DNA of 62,994 nt. Origin: Terriglobales bacterium (lineage in GTDB: Bacteria > Acidobacteriota > Terriglobia > Terriglobales > SCQP01). Made by a program: the position numbers and the translations under genes. The stretch is taken from contig DATNED010000034.1 in NCBI GenBank assembly GCA_035553115.1, positions 1-62,994 of the forward strand, given 5' to 3'. Under the pieces are notes generated by a model. It searched no databases. It was not told where the DNA came from and saw only the letters and a program-made list of their open reading frames with translations. This document shows, one piece after another, positions 46,426-55,644 of this stretch. The stretch's first letter is position 1; every line of letters begins with the position of its first letter.

Positions 46426-47352
46426 ATGCCGCTCATGCCCGCTTCCGCCTCGCAGGGCCTCACCACTACCGAGGCCGCCTTCATCGAAGCCGCCCAGCGC
46501 AACGGCGAGATGTATATTCACCAGCCCTACGAGCTCTACAGCGAAGCCAACCACGAGGCTTGGCGGCGGCTCTTTGCCCGCATGCATGCGCAGTGGCAGC
46601 AGTACGCCACACCGCAGTTCCTCGCCGGGATTGGCTCGCTCTGCTTCGACGCCACGCGCGTGCCGCGCCTCGAGGAGGTAAACCGGTTCCTGGCCCCGCT
46701 CACAGGCTTCCGCGCCAAGGCGGTGAGCGGATACGTCCCCGCTTTCGACTTCTTCGACTGCCTCAGCAAGCGCGAGTTCCCCACCACCATCACCATCCGC
46801 CACGCCGACAAGCTCGACTACCTGCCCGAGCCCGACATCTTCCACGACATCGCCGGCCATGTGCCCATGCACACCGACCGCAAATTCGCCGATACCCTCG
46901 TTCGCTTCGGCAACTGCGCCCATACCGCCGCGCGCCTCGCCGCCGAAACCCGCGACTCCAAGCTCCGCCAGCAGCGTCTCACCAGCATGATCAAGGCGCT
47001 GGCGCGCTTCTTCTGGTTCACGGTCGAGTTCGGCCTCATGCGCACCCCGGAAGGGCTTCGCGCCTACGGCAGCGGTCTGCTCAGCTCCTACGGCGAGCTG
47101 GCGCATTCGCTCACTGCGCCCGAGGTGCAACGCTATCCCATCCAAATGGAATGGGCGGTCAATCAGAGCTTCGATTACCACCATTACCAGCCGCTGTTCT
47201 TCATCGTGGACGGCTTCGATCACCTGTTCCAATTGGTGGACGAGCTGGAACGCTGGCTCGCCGAGGGCAGGCTGATGAACGTCGCGCCCGGCGCCCCCGA
47301 CATCAACGATGCCGATCAGAACAGCTTCCTGCGCGGCGAGGGCTCGGCCTGA
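46426..47352 (+). CDS. phhA: Phenylalanine 4-monooxygenase (aromatic amino-acid hydroxylase)
   Basis: ATG at 46426. It has the iron-binding region PDIFHDIAGHVPMH and later FTVEFGL and YGSGLLSS. Confidence 0.9.
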   Translation: MPLMPASASQGLTTTEAAFIEAAQRNGEMYIHQPYELYSEANHEAWRRLFARMHAQWQQYATPQFLAGIGSLCFDATRVPRLEEVNRFLAPLTGFRAKAVSGYVPAFDFFDCLSKREFPTTITIRHADKLDYLPEPDIFHDIAGHVPMHTDRKFADTLVRFGNCAHTAARLAAETRDSKLRQQRLTSMIKALARFFWFTVEFGLMRTPEGLRAYGSGLLSSYGELAHSLTAPEVQRYPIQMEWAVNQSFDYHHYQPLFFIVDGFDHLFQLVDELERWLAEGRLMNVAPGAPDINDADQNSFLRGEGSA

Positions 47353-47360
47353 CGACCTAT

Positions 47361-47624
47361 TTAGCTGTCGGCGGGTCCGGCCTGCGCTGACTGTCCCAGG
47401 TGGCCGCCATGTCGGCGATGCCTGCGCATCTCCCCCGTCCATGCCAGGAAACGGCACCAGCTGCGCCGCTCGCGCCACGCGAACCGCCAGAAATCGCGGG
47501 CGCGAATTTCTTCCGCTTGCGCGCCGCTGAAGGTCTCGATGCGCCAGCGCCAGTAGGGGCTGCGCCACGGGCGGAAACGGTGCCCGCGTCCGGCGGTCCA
47601 CAAGAATCGCAGTCCCGAAAGCAT
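47361..47624 (-). CDS. Putative small, very basic Trp/Arg-rich protein (hypothetical)
   Basis: 87 aa from ATG 47624 (MLSGLRFLWTAGRGHRFRPWRSPYWRWRIETFSG...). Third codon positions are mostly G/C, as in neighbouring genes. No SD was seen and no family recognised. Confidence 0.4.
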   Translation of the reverse strand: MLSGLRFLWTAGRGHRFRPWRSPYWRWRIETFSGAQAEEIRARDFWRFAWRERRSWCRFLAWTGEMRRHRRHGGHLGQSAQAGPADS

Positions 47625-47646
47625 CTTCTGCCAGTATAGTTTCCAG

Positions 47647-48270
47647 ATGCTGCCGCTCGCCTCGGCCACCGCGCTTCTGGTCACGGCGTTTCTGCTCGGA
47701 AGCATTCCCTTCGGCTACTTGCTCTACCGGCTGCGCACGGGTGGCGACATCCGCGCCGCCGGCAGCGGCAACATCGGCGCGACCAATGTCCTGCGCGCCG
47801 CCGGAGTGAAGCTCGGCCTCGCAACCCTTGCGCTCGACGCGCTCAAGGGCTGGCTCGCGGTCGAACTCGCGCTCCGCTTTGCCGGCGCCCATCCTGCTCT
47901 CATCGCATCCGCGCTGGCGCTGGTCGTGCTCGGGCACATGTACAGCCCTTGGCTGCGCTTCCGCGGCGGCAAGGGCGTGGCCACCGCGCTGGGTGCATTC
48001 TTGGCCTTGGCCCCCCTGCCCATGGCGGAGGCCCTTGTGGTCTTTGCCGCGGTGCTGGCGGTCTGGCGCTATGTTTCGCTGGCCTCGATTTGTGCCTGCA
48101 TCGCGCTGCCGCTGCTTATGCTCACCTCCCGCACCCGCTTCCCCGCCGCCGAGCTGGCCACGGCCTCAGGCTTGGCTCTGCTCATCATCGTTCGCCATCG
48201 CGCCAACCTCGCCCGCTTGCGCCGCGGCACCGAGAACAAACTCGGGACCCGTGCCGGTGCGGCCATATGA
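47647..48270 (+). CDS. plsY: Glycerol-3-phosphate acyltransferase PlsY
   Basis: Motifs: LLGSIPFGYLLYRL...DIRAAGSGNIGATNVLRAAG, LDALKG, GGKGVAT. Confidence 0.95.
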   Translation: MLPLASATALLVTAFLLGSIPFGYLLYRLRTGGDIRAAGSGNIGATNVLRAAGVKLGLATLALDALKGWLAVELALRFAGAHPALIASALALVVLGHMYSPWLRFRGGKGVATALGAFLALAPLPMAEALVVFAAVLAVWRYVSLASICACIALPLLMLTSRTRFPAAELATASGLALLIIVRHRANLARLRRGTENKLGTRAGAAI

Positions 48271-49289
48271 GCCGCTCCCCTGCTGCTCCCCGGTCGGGGA
48301 GCGACATTGGCGTAATCGGCGGCGGAAGCTGGGGCACGGCCCTGGCGATTGTGCTGGCGCGCCAGCGCCATCAAGTCGCGCTCTGGGTCTACGAACGCGA
48401 TTTGGCCGAGACCATCGCGGCCCGGCGTGAGAATCCCATCTATCTGCCCGGATTTACCCTCGATGACGCCATCCTGCCCACGAGCTGCCTGGCCGAAGCC
48501 GTGGCGCCGCTCATGGTCATCGCCGTGCCCTCGCACGCGCTCCGCCATGTGCTCCTCGAGCTTCGCCCCAGCCTGAATCCCTCTGCGGAGATCGTATTGG
48601 CCACCAAGGGGCTGGAAGAAGGCAGCTTGCTGCGCGTCTCTGAAGTGGCACTTGAGGTATTGGGCGAAGCTTGGGCCCCGCGTCTTGCGACCCTGAGCGG
48701 CCCCACGTTCGCCCGCGAAATCGCGGCCGGCGAGCCCGCCGCGGTGCTGATTGCCGCCCGCGACGCGGCCTTGGCGGGCTCCCTCCAGCAGCGGCTTGCG
48801 TCGCCGGCTCTGCGCCTCTACACCAGCAGTGACGTGGTCGGCGTCGAAATCGCAGCGTCGCTGAAGAACGTGATCGCCCTCGCCGCGGGCATCTGCCAAG
48901 GGCTCGGCATGGGCTCGAATACCCGCGCCGCCTTGATCGCCCGTGGACTGGCGGAGATGTCGCGTTTGGCGCTCGCCCTCGGAGGCCGGGCCGAAACCCT
49001 CGCCGGCTTGGCCGGCCTTGGCGATCTGGTCCTCACCTGCACCGGCGATCTCAGCCGCAACCGTGCGCTCGGCATCGCGCTCGGTCAGGGCAAAACGCTG
49101 GAGCAAGCGCAAACCGCCACCCCCATGGTGGCCGAGGGCGTGCACACCACCGCCGCAGGCCTGCTATTGGCCCGGCGCATGCGCGTGGAGATGCCCATCC
49201 TGGAGCAGATGCATCGCGTTCTCTTCGAACACCGCTCCCCGCGCGCTGCCGTCGCCGACCTCATGCGCCGGGATTTGAAGCCGGAGTAG
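48267..49289 (+). CDS. gpsA: NAD(P)H-dependent glycerol-3-phosphate dehydrogenase
   Basis: The ATG overlaps the plsY stop (ATGA). Motifs: IGVIGGGSWGTALA, NPIYLPG, GPTFAREIA, KNVIALAAG. Confidence 0.95.
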   Translation: MSRSPAAPRSGSDIGVIGGGSWGTALAIVLARQRHQVALWVYERDLAETIAARRENPIYLPGFTLDDAILPTSCLAEAVAPLMVIAVPSHALRHVLLELRPSLNPSAEIVLATKGLEEGSLLRVSEVALEVLGEAWAPRLATLSGPTFAREIAAGEPAAVLIAARDAALAGSLQQRLASPALRLYTSSDVVGVEIAASLKNVIALAAGICQGLGMGSNTRAALIARGLAEMSRLALALGGRAETLAGLAGLGDLVLTCTGDLSRNRALGIALGQGKTLEQAQTATPMVAEGVHTTAAGLLLARRMRVEMPILEQMHRVLFEHRSPRAAVADLMRRDLKPE

Positions 49290-49297
49290 GGTGCCGG

Positions 49298-49843
49298 CTA
49301 ACGGCCGCCTGCACGCGGACGGGCGGTCGGGGGCAGCAGTCCGTTGAGACGGAGATATGCGGCCTGCTGGCTGTAGTGATCGGCCCAGTCGTCGCTGAGC
49401 GAGAGGATCACCTGGGCCTGGGTCGCCTTGCGCCTTCCGAATGTAGGCACCTCGGTGCCGAGCTTCGAATCATCGAGGCTCGTGAGCGCCGTGGTGCAGT
49501 ACTCGAAAGAGCTCTTGAGCGCCGCCACCAGCTCATCCTTCGGCGAAGTCGGCGTGGCCGTCGGCTTGGCCGCCGGAGCCGCGCCGGAAATCCACTCGCA
49601 CATGCTTTGGTTCGAGGTGGCGACGTGCAGCACCAGCTGCCCGAAGCTCATCGATTCCGGCGTGGGCTTGAAGCTGTACTTGTCGGCCGGCATCTCGTTT
49701 GCTGCGGCCACCATCTTGCCGCTGGCGCTGCGCAGCGAGTTCTTGAGCGCAGTAGCGACGGGATTTGCGGTTTGCGCGTTGATCGGAACAGCCAACGGCA
49801 GGGCAACGAGGAAACAGGCGGCGGCGACGAGCGATGACTTCAT
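49298..49843 (-). CDS. DinB-family protein with signal peptide
   Basis: Signal peptide MKSSLVAAACFLVALPLAVPINAQ. It has a DinB-like four-helix pattern (MPADKYSFKPTPESMSFGQLVLHVA...DHYSQQAAYLRLNG). Confidence 0.85.
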   Translation of the reverse strand: MKSSLVAAACFLVALPLAVPINAQTANPVATALKNSLRSASGKMVAAANEMPADKYSFKPTPESMSFGQLVLHVATSNQSMCEWISGAAPAAKPTATPTSPKDELVAALKSSFEYCTTALTSLDDSKLGTEVPTFGRRKATQAQVILSLSDDWADHYSQQAAYLRLNGLLPPTARPRAGGR

Positions 49844-50841
49844 GGGCGGTGACCTCCGCCATTAATGGTAGCGCGGATGCGACGGAAATAGGCTTGCCCG
49901 GCGGCAATGTCGCGTTGAATCTGGACCCGCAGTGCCTGCGCGGATTCGAAGCGGCGCTCGTCCCGGATCCTTGCCAGGAATGTGATCGCCATCGGCGCGC
50001 CCAAGCTGATTCCAACCTGAGCTGGCGCCTCCGGACCTGCGCTTCCGCGCCACTCGAGGAGATGGCTTTCGACCGTTACCGGTCCGCCCTCGCCGAACGT
50101 CGGGCGCACGCCGACATTGGTGACAGCCGGGTACGTGGCGTCCTCGAGCTGCACACGGGTGAGATAGACTCCGCGCGCCGGCAGGAGTTCTTCGTAATGC
50201 TGCAGGTTGAGCGTGGGCACCGTGCGCTGATGGCCGATGCCGCGACCGGGCGCCAGGTATCCGCGCAGGCCGAAGCGCCGTCCGAGCAGGTGCCGGGCTT
50301 GGCCGACGGCGCCGGAAGCCACCAAGCGCCGGATGCGCGAGCTCGAGACCGGTGCGCCGCGCACCATCACCGCAGGATGAACAATCGTCTCGAATCCGAA
50401 TTCGCGCCCGTGCGCGGCGAGCAAGGCCGCGGTTCCCTGCTGGCGATGCCCGAACCGGAAATTCTCGCCCTCGTGTACGGCTCGCACCCGCAGGCCGCGC
50501 ACCAGCACGCGCTCAACAAACTCCCGCGGCGCGAGCAGCGAGAGATCACGGCTGAAGGGCAGCAGCAGGACGGCCGAGATGCCGCTAGCTTCCAGCAAGC
50601 GGAGCTTCTCATCTCTCGGCGTGATCAGCGGCGGCGCCGTCGCGGGATGAAGGATGCGGGCCGGATGGGGCTCGAAGCTGACCACCAGCGATGCCGCGCC
50701 GGTCGCGGCGGCTTGCTCGCGGATGGCCGCGATCAGGCGCTGGTGGGCGAGGTGAAGCCCATCGAAGTTGCCGATGCTGGCGATCACGCTGGGACGCTTC
50801 GCCTCCTGCTCCCACTCCTCCAAATTGTGCAGCACGCGCAC
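49840..50841 (-). CDS. ribF: Bifunctional riboflavin kinase / FMN adenylyltransferase
   Basis: Motifs: IGNFDGLHLAHQ, SFEPHP, and a C-terminal riboflavin kinase domain (GRGIGHQRTVPTLN...VESHLL). Confidence 0.95.
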   Translation of the reverse strand: MRVLHNLEEWEQEAKRPSVIASIGNFDGLHLAHQRLIAAIREQAAATGAASLVVSFEPHPARILHPATAPPLITPRDEKLRLLEASGISAVLLLPFSRDLSLLAPREFVERVLVRGLRVRAVHEGENFRFGHRQQGTAALLAAHGREFGFETIVHPAVMVRGAPVSSSRIRRLVASGAVGQARHLLGRRFGLRGYLAPGRGIGHQRTVPTLNLQHYEELLPARGVYLTRVQLEDATYPAVTNVGVRPTFGEGGPVTVESHLLEWRGSAGPEAPAQVGISLGAPMAITFLARIRDERRFESAQALRVQIQRDIAAGQAYFRRIRATINGGGHRP

Positions 50842-50847
50842 CGTCGC

Positions 50848-51621
50848 TTACACCTCGATCTCGAGTTGAAGGCCGTCATAGGCCAGACGCACGCCTGCCG
50901 GCAGCGCGGCCTCGGTCTCGGCGTGCGGCAGCTCGTGGGCGATGTGGGTGAAATACGCCCGCCGGGGCGCAAGTTCGGCCACCAGGCGGAGGGAATTGGC
51001 CAGATGCGAATGGGTGGGATGCGGCCGCACTCGGAGCGCATCGAGGATCAGCACGTCCAGGCCCCGCAGGCGCTCGATTGCGGCCGGCGGAATCTCGCTC
51101 ACATCGGTGACATAGGCGTTCGCGCCGAACCGATACGCCAGCACCGGCAGCGCTCCGTGCATCACCTCCAGCGGCTCGATGGAAACCCCGAATAGCTCCA
51201 CCGGGCCTGTGAGCGCGTGCACGGCGATGCGCGGGATTGCGCTGGCCGGGTAATTGTTCTCGAACACATACTGAAAAACCCGGCGCAAATCCGCGAGCGT
51301 CCCGGCATTGGCATACACCGGAAGCGGATCGGGCCGTCCGAAGTTGAACGGGCGTATGTCGTCCAGCCCCATGATGTGGTCGGCGTGGCTGTGGGTGTAC
51401 AACACCGCATCGAGCGCAGGGATTCCCGCGCGCAGCGCCTGCGTGCGGAAATCGGGCGTGGTGTCAATGACCACATTGTGTCCCCCGCTGAAGCGCAGCC
51501 AAAGGCTGGGGCGCAGTCGCTGATCTCGCGGGTCGCTCGAGGTGCAGACGCGGCAGCGGCAGCCCAGCGTGGGCACGCCGGTCGAAGTGCCCGTTCCCAG
51601 AAACGTCGCGACCGCCTTCAT
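50848..51621 (-). CDS. MBL-fold metallo-hydrolase (PhnP-like)
   Basis: GTGTSTGVP..GCRCRVC zinc-ribbon-like N-terminus and the HxHxDH motif (THSHADHI). Confidence 0.88.
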   Translation of the reverse strand: MKAVATFLGTGTSTGVPTLGCRCRVCTSSDPRDQRLRPSLWLRFSGGHNVVIDTTPDFRTQALRAGIPALDAVLYTHSHADHIMGLDDIRPFNFGRPDPLPVYANAGTLADLRRVFQYVFENNYPASAIPRIAVHALTGPVELFGVSIEPLEVMHGALPVLAYRFGANAYVTDVSEIPPAAIERLRGLDVLILDALRVRPHPTHSHLANSLRLVAELAPRRAYFTHIAHELPHAETEAALPAGVRLAYDGLQLEIEV

Positions 51622-51633
51622 AGGGCGGCCGCG

Positions 51634-52146
51634 CTAGCGGCGGCTTCGCGCCGGCGGCGGCGGCGCGACCGCCGCGGGCTGCACCCGGTTGCTGGCGCGT
51701 TGCACCTCCACATATCCCAGCCGCAGGTCGTAAAGGATGCTGGCCAGCAATCGCTCCTCCTGCGAATCCAGGTTGCCATGCGTCTTCTGCTCCAGCACGC
51801 CGAGCAGGTCAATCGTGCCCGCCGCGCCCTCCAAATCTACTTGCCCGCGTTGACCCGGTTGAATCTCGGCGCCCAACTGCATCAGCCCGACACTGTAGAG
51901 CTGCTGCAGCAAATCCTCGAGCGTCACGTCGCGCTTGGAAAGCCGCGGCGCCCCCTCGGGCGCAGGCTTGGCCTCCTTCGGCGTTGCGGCCGCCGCTGCG
52001 GGTGGCGTCGTCGCCGCCGCTGCGGGCGTTGTGCTCTCCTCGAACGTGCTGCGTTCGACGTCCGGGCGTAGCTCGCCGCTCTCGGTGAAGTGGCGACGGT
52101 CGCTCACCTTGAGAACCGGTTCGGAATGCGCATCCCCGTCATGCAT
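51634..52146 (-). CDS. DUF1844 domain-containing protein
   Basis: ATG at 52146 (MHDGDAH). A low-complexity T/P/A linker is followed by LLQQLYSVGLMQLGA...IDLLGVLEQKTHGNLDSQEERLL..LYDLRLGYV. Confidence 0.7.
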   Translation of the reverse strand: MHDGDAHSEPVLKVSDRRHFTESGELRPDVERSTFEESTTPAAAATTPPAAAAATPKEAKPAPEGAPRLSKRDVTLEDLLQQLYSVGLMQLGAEIQPGQRGQVDLEGAAGTIDLLGVLEQKTHGNLDSQEERLLASILYDLRLGYVEVQRASNRVQPAAVAPPPPARSRR

Positions 52147-52154
52147 GGTACCGA

Positions 52155-53312
52155 TTAGTATAACCAAGCCCCCGAGCGCTCGCGCTGCGCCTGCGCGATG
52201 AAGCTGTCGGTCATGCCCGCGATGTAATCGCAAATGACCCGCTGCGGCGGCTGCGTTGCCGCTTGGCTGCGATAGCTTGCCGGCAACAGTTCCGGATGGC
52301 TCAGGAATCGCTCGAACGCCGCCGCCACCGTTTGCTCGGCTTTGCGGTTCTCTCGAACCAAATCGGGATGCTGGTACAGATTCCGGAATAGAAACGCCTT
52401 CAGGCTCTGGCGCGCCTGTTCGGCCGCAGACGAAAACCGCGCCAGCCGCTCGGGCGCGGTCCGCACCGCTCCGACCGACGGCAAGCTCGGCATCGCGGCC
52501 GCGACCGTCCCGATGAGGTCGGTCACAAAATAATCCAAAACCCGCCGCAGCATCTCGTTGAACCGCAGCTTGGGAGGCAACGCCCCGAACTTGCGGTCCA
52601 CTTCCTCCAGCAGCTCGGCGATCAGCGCCACCTCCGACCCCATCTGCTCGATCGTCAGCAGATGCGCTTCGAATCCATCGTCCAGATCCGCGCCCCCATA
52701 GCTGATCTCGTCGGTGAGATCAATCAGCTGCGCCTCGAGGGGTGGATGCAATGCAAGTTCATATTCCACCAGTTCCGGATGCTCCTCCGCGCTGAACGGA
52801 CGCGAGTGCTTCACCAATCCCTCCCGCACCTCGTAGGTCAAGTTCAAGCCCGGGTGGGCCGCATAGCGCACCTCGAATTGCTCCACAATCCGCAGCGCCT
52901 GAAGATTGTGATCGAAGCGCTCGCCATGCGAGCGCATGATCTGGTCCAAGGCGTGCTCGCCGGCGTGGCCGAACGGTGGGTGCCCAAGGTCGTGAGCCAG
53001 CGCCAGCGTCTCGGTGAGATCGGAATTGAGCCCCAGCGCTTGCGCCACGGTGCGGGAAATCTGCGTTACCTCCAGCGTATGCGTGAGCCGGTTGCGAAAA
53101 TGATCCGAGTAGCGGCGGGAAAAGACCTGGGTCTTGTTTTCGAGGCGTCGGAATGCCCGGGCATGGATCACCCGGTCTCGGTCCCGCTGGTATTCGCCTC
53201 GGTACGCGTGGGCGACTTCCGGATACCGACGTCCGCGAGTGTCCGCTTCGCGCACTGCGCAAGCCGCGACCGGCTCCGGCCGCGGCACCGTGTTCTCTGC
53301 CGCCATCGCCAA
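52155..53312 (-). CDS. dgt: dGTP triphosphohydrolase-like HD-domain protein
   Basis: Motifs: FRRLENKTQV, RLTHTLEV, the HD motif LAHDLGHPPFGH, and DYIAGMTD. Confidence 0.9.
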   Translation of the reverse strand: MAMAAENTVPRPEPVAACAVREADTRGRRYPEVAHAYRGEYQRDRDRVIHARAFRRLENKTQVFSRRYSDHFRNRLTHTLEVTQISRTVAQALGLNSDLTETLALAHDLGHPPFGHAGEHALDQIMRSHGERFDHNLQALRIVEQFEVRYAAHPGLNLTYEVREGLVKHSRPFSAEEHPELVEYELALHPPLEAQLIDLTDEISYGGADLDDGFEAHLLTIEQMGSEVALIAELLEEVDRKFGALPPKLRFNEMLRRVLDYFVTDLIGTVAAAMPSLPSVGAVRTAPERLARFSSAAEQARQSLKAFLFRNLYQHPDLVRENRKAEQTVAAAFERFLSHPELLPASYRSQAATQPPQRVICDYIAGMTDSFIAQAQRERSGAWLY

Positions 53313-53362
53313 AATTATATCGGGACGCCGCTGCGACAGCCGATCGCGGGGGTCGCGCGGCT

Positions 53363-53391
53363 TTGCGGGCTACATAGGATTGCGTTATCAT
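53363..53391 (+). promoter_or_regulatory. Candidate sigma70-type promoter of the rimP-nusA-infB operon
   Basis: TTGCGG-N17-TATCAT lies in the divergent gap between dgt and rimP. Confidence 0.35.
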
Positions 53392-53419
53392 AGAAACAGG
53401 AAAGTGGCGCAGACCCAAG

Positions 53420-53441
53420 GTGGGCGCAAGCCCACTTTTTT
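53420..53441 (+). terminator. Leader hairpin plus T6 (candidate attenuator) upstream of rimP
   Basis: GTGGGC-GCAA-GCCCAC is a perfect 6-bp stem with a GNRA loop, followed directly by TTTTTT. It lies about 25 nt downstream of the candidate -10 element. Confidence 0.5.
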
Positions 53442-53454
53442 GTTGGACAAAAGA

Positions 53455-53982
53455 TTGCAATCGCAACCACAGCAGGAATCGCCCGGCCTCCGCCAACTGG
53501 TGGCCTCCGTGGCCGAGCGCGAGGGCTTCGAGCTCATCCAGGTTGAAGTGTGCGGCCAGGGCCGCGGACGGCTGCTGCGGGTGTATTTGGACCACCCCGG
53601 CGGCATCGGCCTGGCCGAGTGCGAGCGTGCCAGCCGGGCTTTAAGCACTGCGCTCGATGAGGATCAAGCCCTGGGTTCCTGGAACGGGCCCTACACCCTC
53701 GAGGTTTCCTCGCCCGGACTGGATCGCCCGCTCACGAAACTGGGCGATTTCGAGCGCTTTGCCGGGAAGCGGGTGCGCATCCGCACCCGCGAGCCTATTG
53801 CGGGGTCGCGCAATTGGTTGGGAACGCTCGCCGGTGCCGGCGCTGAGGGCGTCCATCTCAAGCCCGAGCGCGGTGGCGATCGAAGCGAAGAAGAATTGGT
53901 CGTTGCCTGGGGAGCGATGCAAGAGGCTCGCCTGGCGCCGGAATGGTCCCGGCCCGGCAAACCTCGGAGGGTTCAGCGCTAG
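53455..53982 (+). CDS. rimP: Ribosome maturation factor RimP
   Basis: Motifs: LRQLVASVAEREGFELIQVEV, GRLLRVYLD, LEVSSPGLDRPL. The start is uncertain: TTG 53455 was chosen by alignment logic, with alternatives TTG 53440/53443 and GTG 53404. Confidence 0.85.
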   Translation: MQSQPQQESPGLRQLVASVAEREGFELIQVEVCGQGRGRLLRVYLDHPGGIGLAECERASRALSTALDEDQALGSWNGPYTLEVSSPGLDRPLTKLGDFERFAGKRVRIRTREPIAGSRNWLGTLAGAGAEGVHLKPERGGDRSEEELVVAWGAMQEARLAPEWSRPGKPRRVQR

Positions 53983-54006
53983 CGCCCGCAAGATCGGATT
54001 ACGAGT

Positions 54007-55587
54007 ATGGCAAGCCAACTTTATCAACAGGTCGAGTTCATCAGCCGCGAAAAGGGCATTGACCCGGCGATCGTGGTGAAAGCGGTCGAGGACGCCTATT
54101 TGGCGGCCACCCGCAAGCACCTGAAAACGCAGGAGGAGCTGGAATCGGTTCTGAACAAAGATACCGGCGACATCGCGGTATACGCGGTGAAAAAGGTCGT
54201 CGAAACGGTCGCCGATCCGGTGCTCGAGATTTCCCTTGACGAGGCCCGCGCGCTGGACGCCAACGCGGAAGTCGGTGGCGAAGTTCGCCTGAAACGCTCG
54301 ACCGATGGCCTCGGGCGCATCGGCGCGCAAATGGCCAAGCAGATCATTTTTCAGAAGGTCCGCGAGGCCGAGCGCGACACCGTGTACAACGAGTACATCA
54401 GCCGCGTCGGTGAGGTGGTGAACGTCACCGTGAAACGCACCGAAGGACCCGATGTCGTGGTCGAAGTCGGCCACACCGAGGGCCGGCTCGGGCGCCGCGA
54501 TCAGTCCCGGCTCGAGTCGTTTGCCAATGGCGAGCGCATCCGCGTGGTGATTCGCGGCGTCGAACGCGCGGCCAAGGGGCCGCAGGTGACCGTCTCCCGC
54601 GCCGATCCGGCGCTGGTGCAGAAACTCTTCGAGGCCGAAGTGCCAGAAATTTATGACGGCACCGTGGTCGTCAAGGGCGTCGCCCGCGAGGCCGGCGAGC
54701 GCACCAAGATCGCGGTGGTTTCCCGCGACAAGGACGTGGATTGCGTCGGTGCCTGCGTCGGCATGAAGGGCATGCGGGTGCAGAGCATCATCCGCGAGCT
54801 GCGCGGCGAAAAAATTGACATCATCGAGTTCAGCGAGGACCCGGTTCAGTTTGCCGCCAACGCCCTCAGTCCGGCCAAGATTGCCCGCGTGAGCGTGCTC
54901 AGCGCCGAAGCCCGCCATCTCGAGGTCGTGGTGGACGACAGCCAGCTCTCCCTCGCCATCGGCAAGAAGGGGCAGAACGTCCGCCTCGCCGCCAAGCTGC
55001 TCGGCTGGAAGATTGATATCAAGAGCGAAGAGGAGAAGCGGCGCGAGGTCGAAGAGCAGATGTCGGCGCTGGTGGGCGAGGGGGAGGCGGTCGAGACCCC
55101 GCTGACTTCCCTCGTCGGCCTGAGCGAGCGCATCGTCGCTGCCCTCGCTGGGGCCGGCATCGCCAGCATCGAACAGTTGGGCAGCCGCACCCCGGAGCAA
55201 CTCCAGCAAATTCCCGGCATCGGCCCCAAGGCGGTCGAAAAGATTTTTGTCGCCGTGAATGAATTCTTCGGTGCCCTCGCGCAATCGGTCGACGAGGGTG
55301 AGCCCGGCCCGGAGGCCGGCGCCACAGAGCCCGAACTCACCGCCACTGTGGATGGCGAACTGGATCGCACCGGTCAGGAACTCGAGGCCGAGCAGCAACG
55401 GGGCGTGCTCGATGCCCCGTTGGCCGATGAGGCCGAGCTTCCGGCGCGGGACGGCCTGGAGCCGGCGGCCGATTCTGCCTCCGCCCAGGAAGCCGACGCC
55501 GAAAGCGAAACCGCTGGGCTCGACGCCGCCAGTCAGACGGAAGCGGCCGAGCCCCGGCCGCAGACGCCGCCGGAGAAAACGCTGTAA
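54007..55587 (+). CDS. nusA: Transcription termination/antitermination factor NusA
   Basis: N-terminal domain, S1 domain and two KH domains (LSLAIGKKGQNVRLAAKLLGWKIDI), with an HhH region and an acidic C-terminal extension. Confidence 0.97.
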   Translation: MASQLYQQVEFISREKGIDPAIVVKAVEDAYLAATRKHLKTQEELESVLNKDTGDIAVYAVKKVVETVADPVLEISLDEARALDANAEVGGEVRLKRSTDGLGRIGAQMAKQIIFQKVREAERDTVYNEYISRVGEVVNVTVKRTEGPDVVVEVGHTEGRLGRRDQSRLESFANGERIRVVIRGVERAAKGPQVTVSRADPALVQKLFEAEVPEIYDGTVVVKGVAREAGERTKIAVVSRDKDVDCVGACVGMKGMRVQSIIRELRGEKIDIIEFSEDPVQFAANALSPAKIARVSVLSAEARHLEVVVDDSQLSLAIGKKGQNVRLAAKLLGWKIDIKSEEEKRREVEEQMSALVGEGEAVETPLTSLVGLSERIVAALAGAGIASIEQLGSRTPEQLQQIPGIGPKAVEKIFVAVNEFFGALAQSVDEGEPGPEAGATEPELTATVDGELDRTGQELEAEQQRGVLDAPLADEAELPARDGLEPAADSASAQEADAESETAGLDAASQTEAAEPRPQTPPEKTL

Positions 55588-55644
55588 GGGAAGCAGAAGC
55601 ATCGGTGGAAGCAACGGACGAAGCACGAAATTAGGCAATTGCGC

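Noticed and set aside
46369-47937. 522-aa ORF on the - strand
   Set aside because: It is antisense to phhA and plsY, both of which have clear signatures. Only its 47361-47624 neighbour, in a different frame, was kept as a tentative small ORF.
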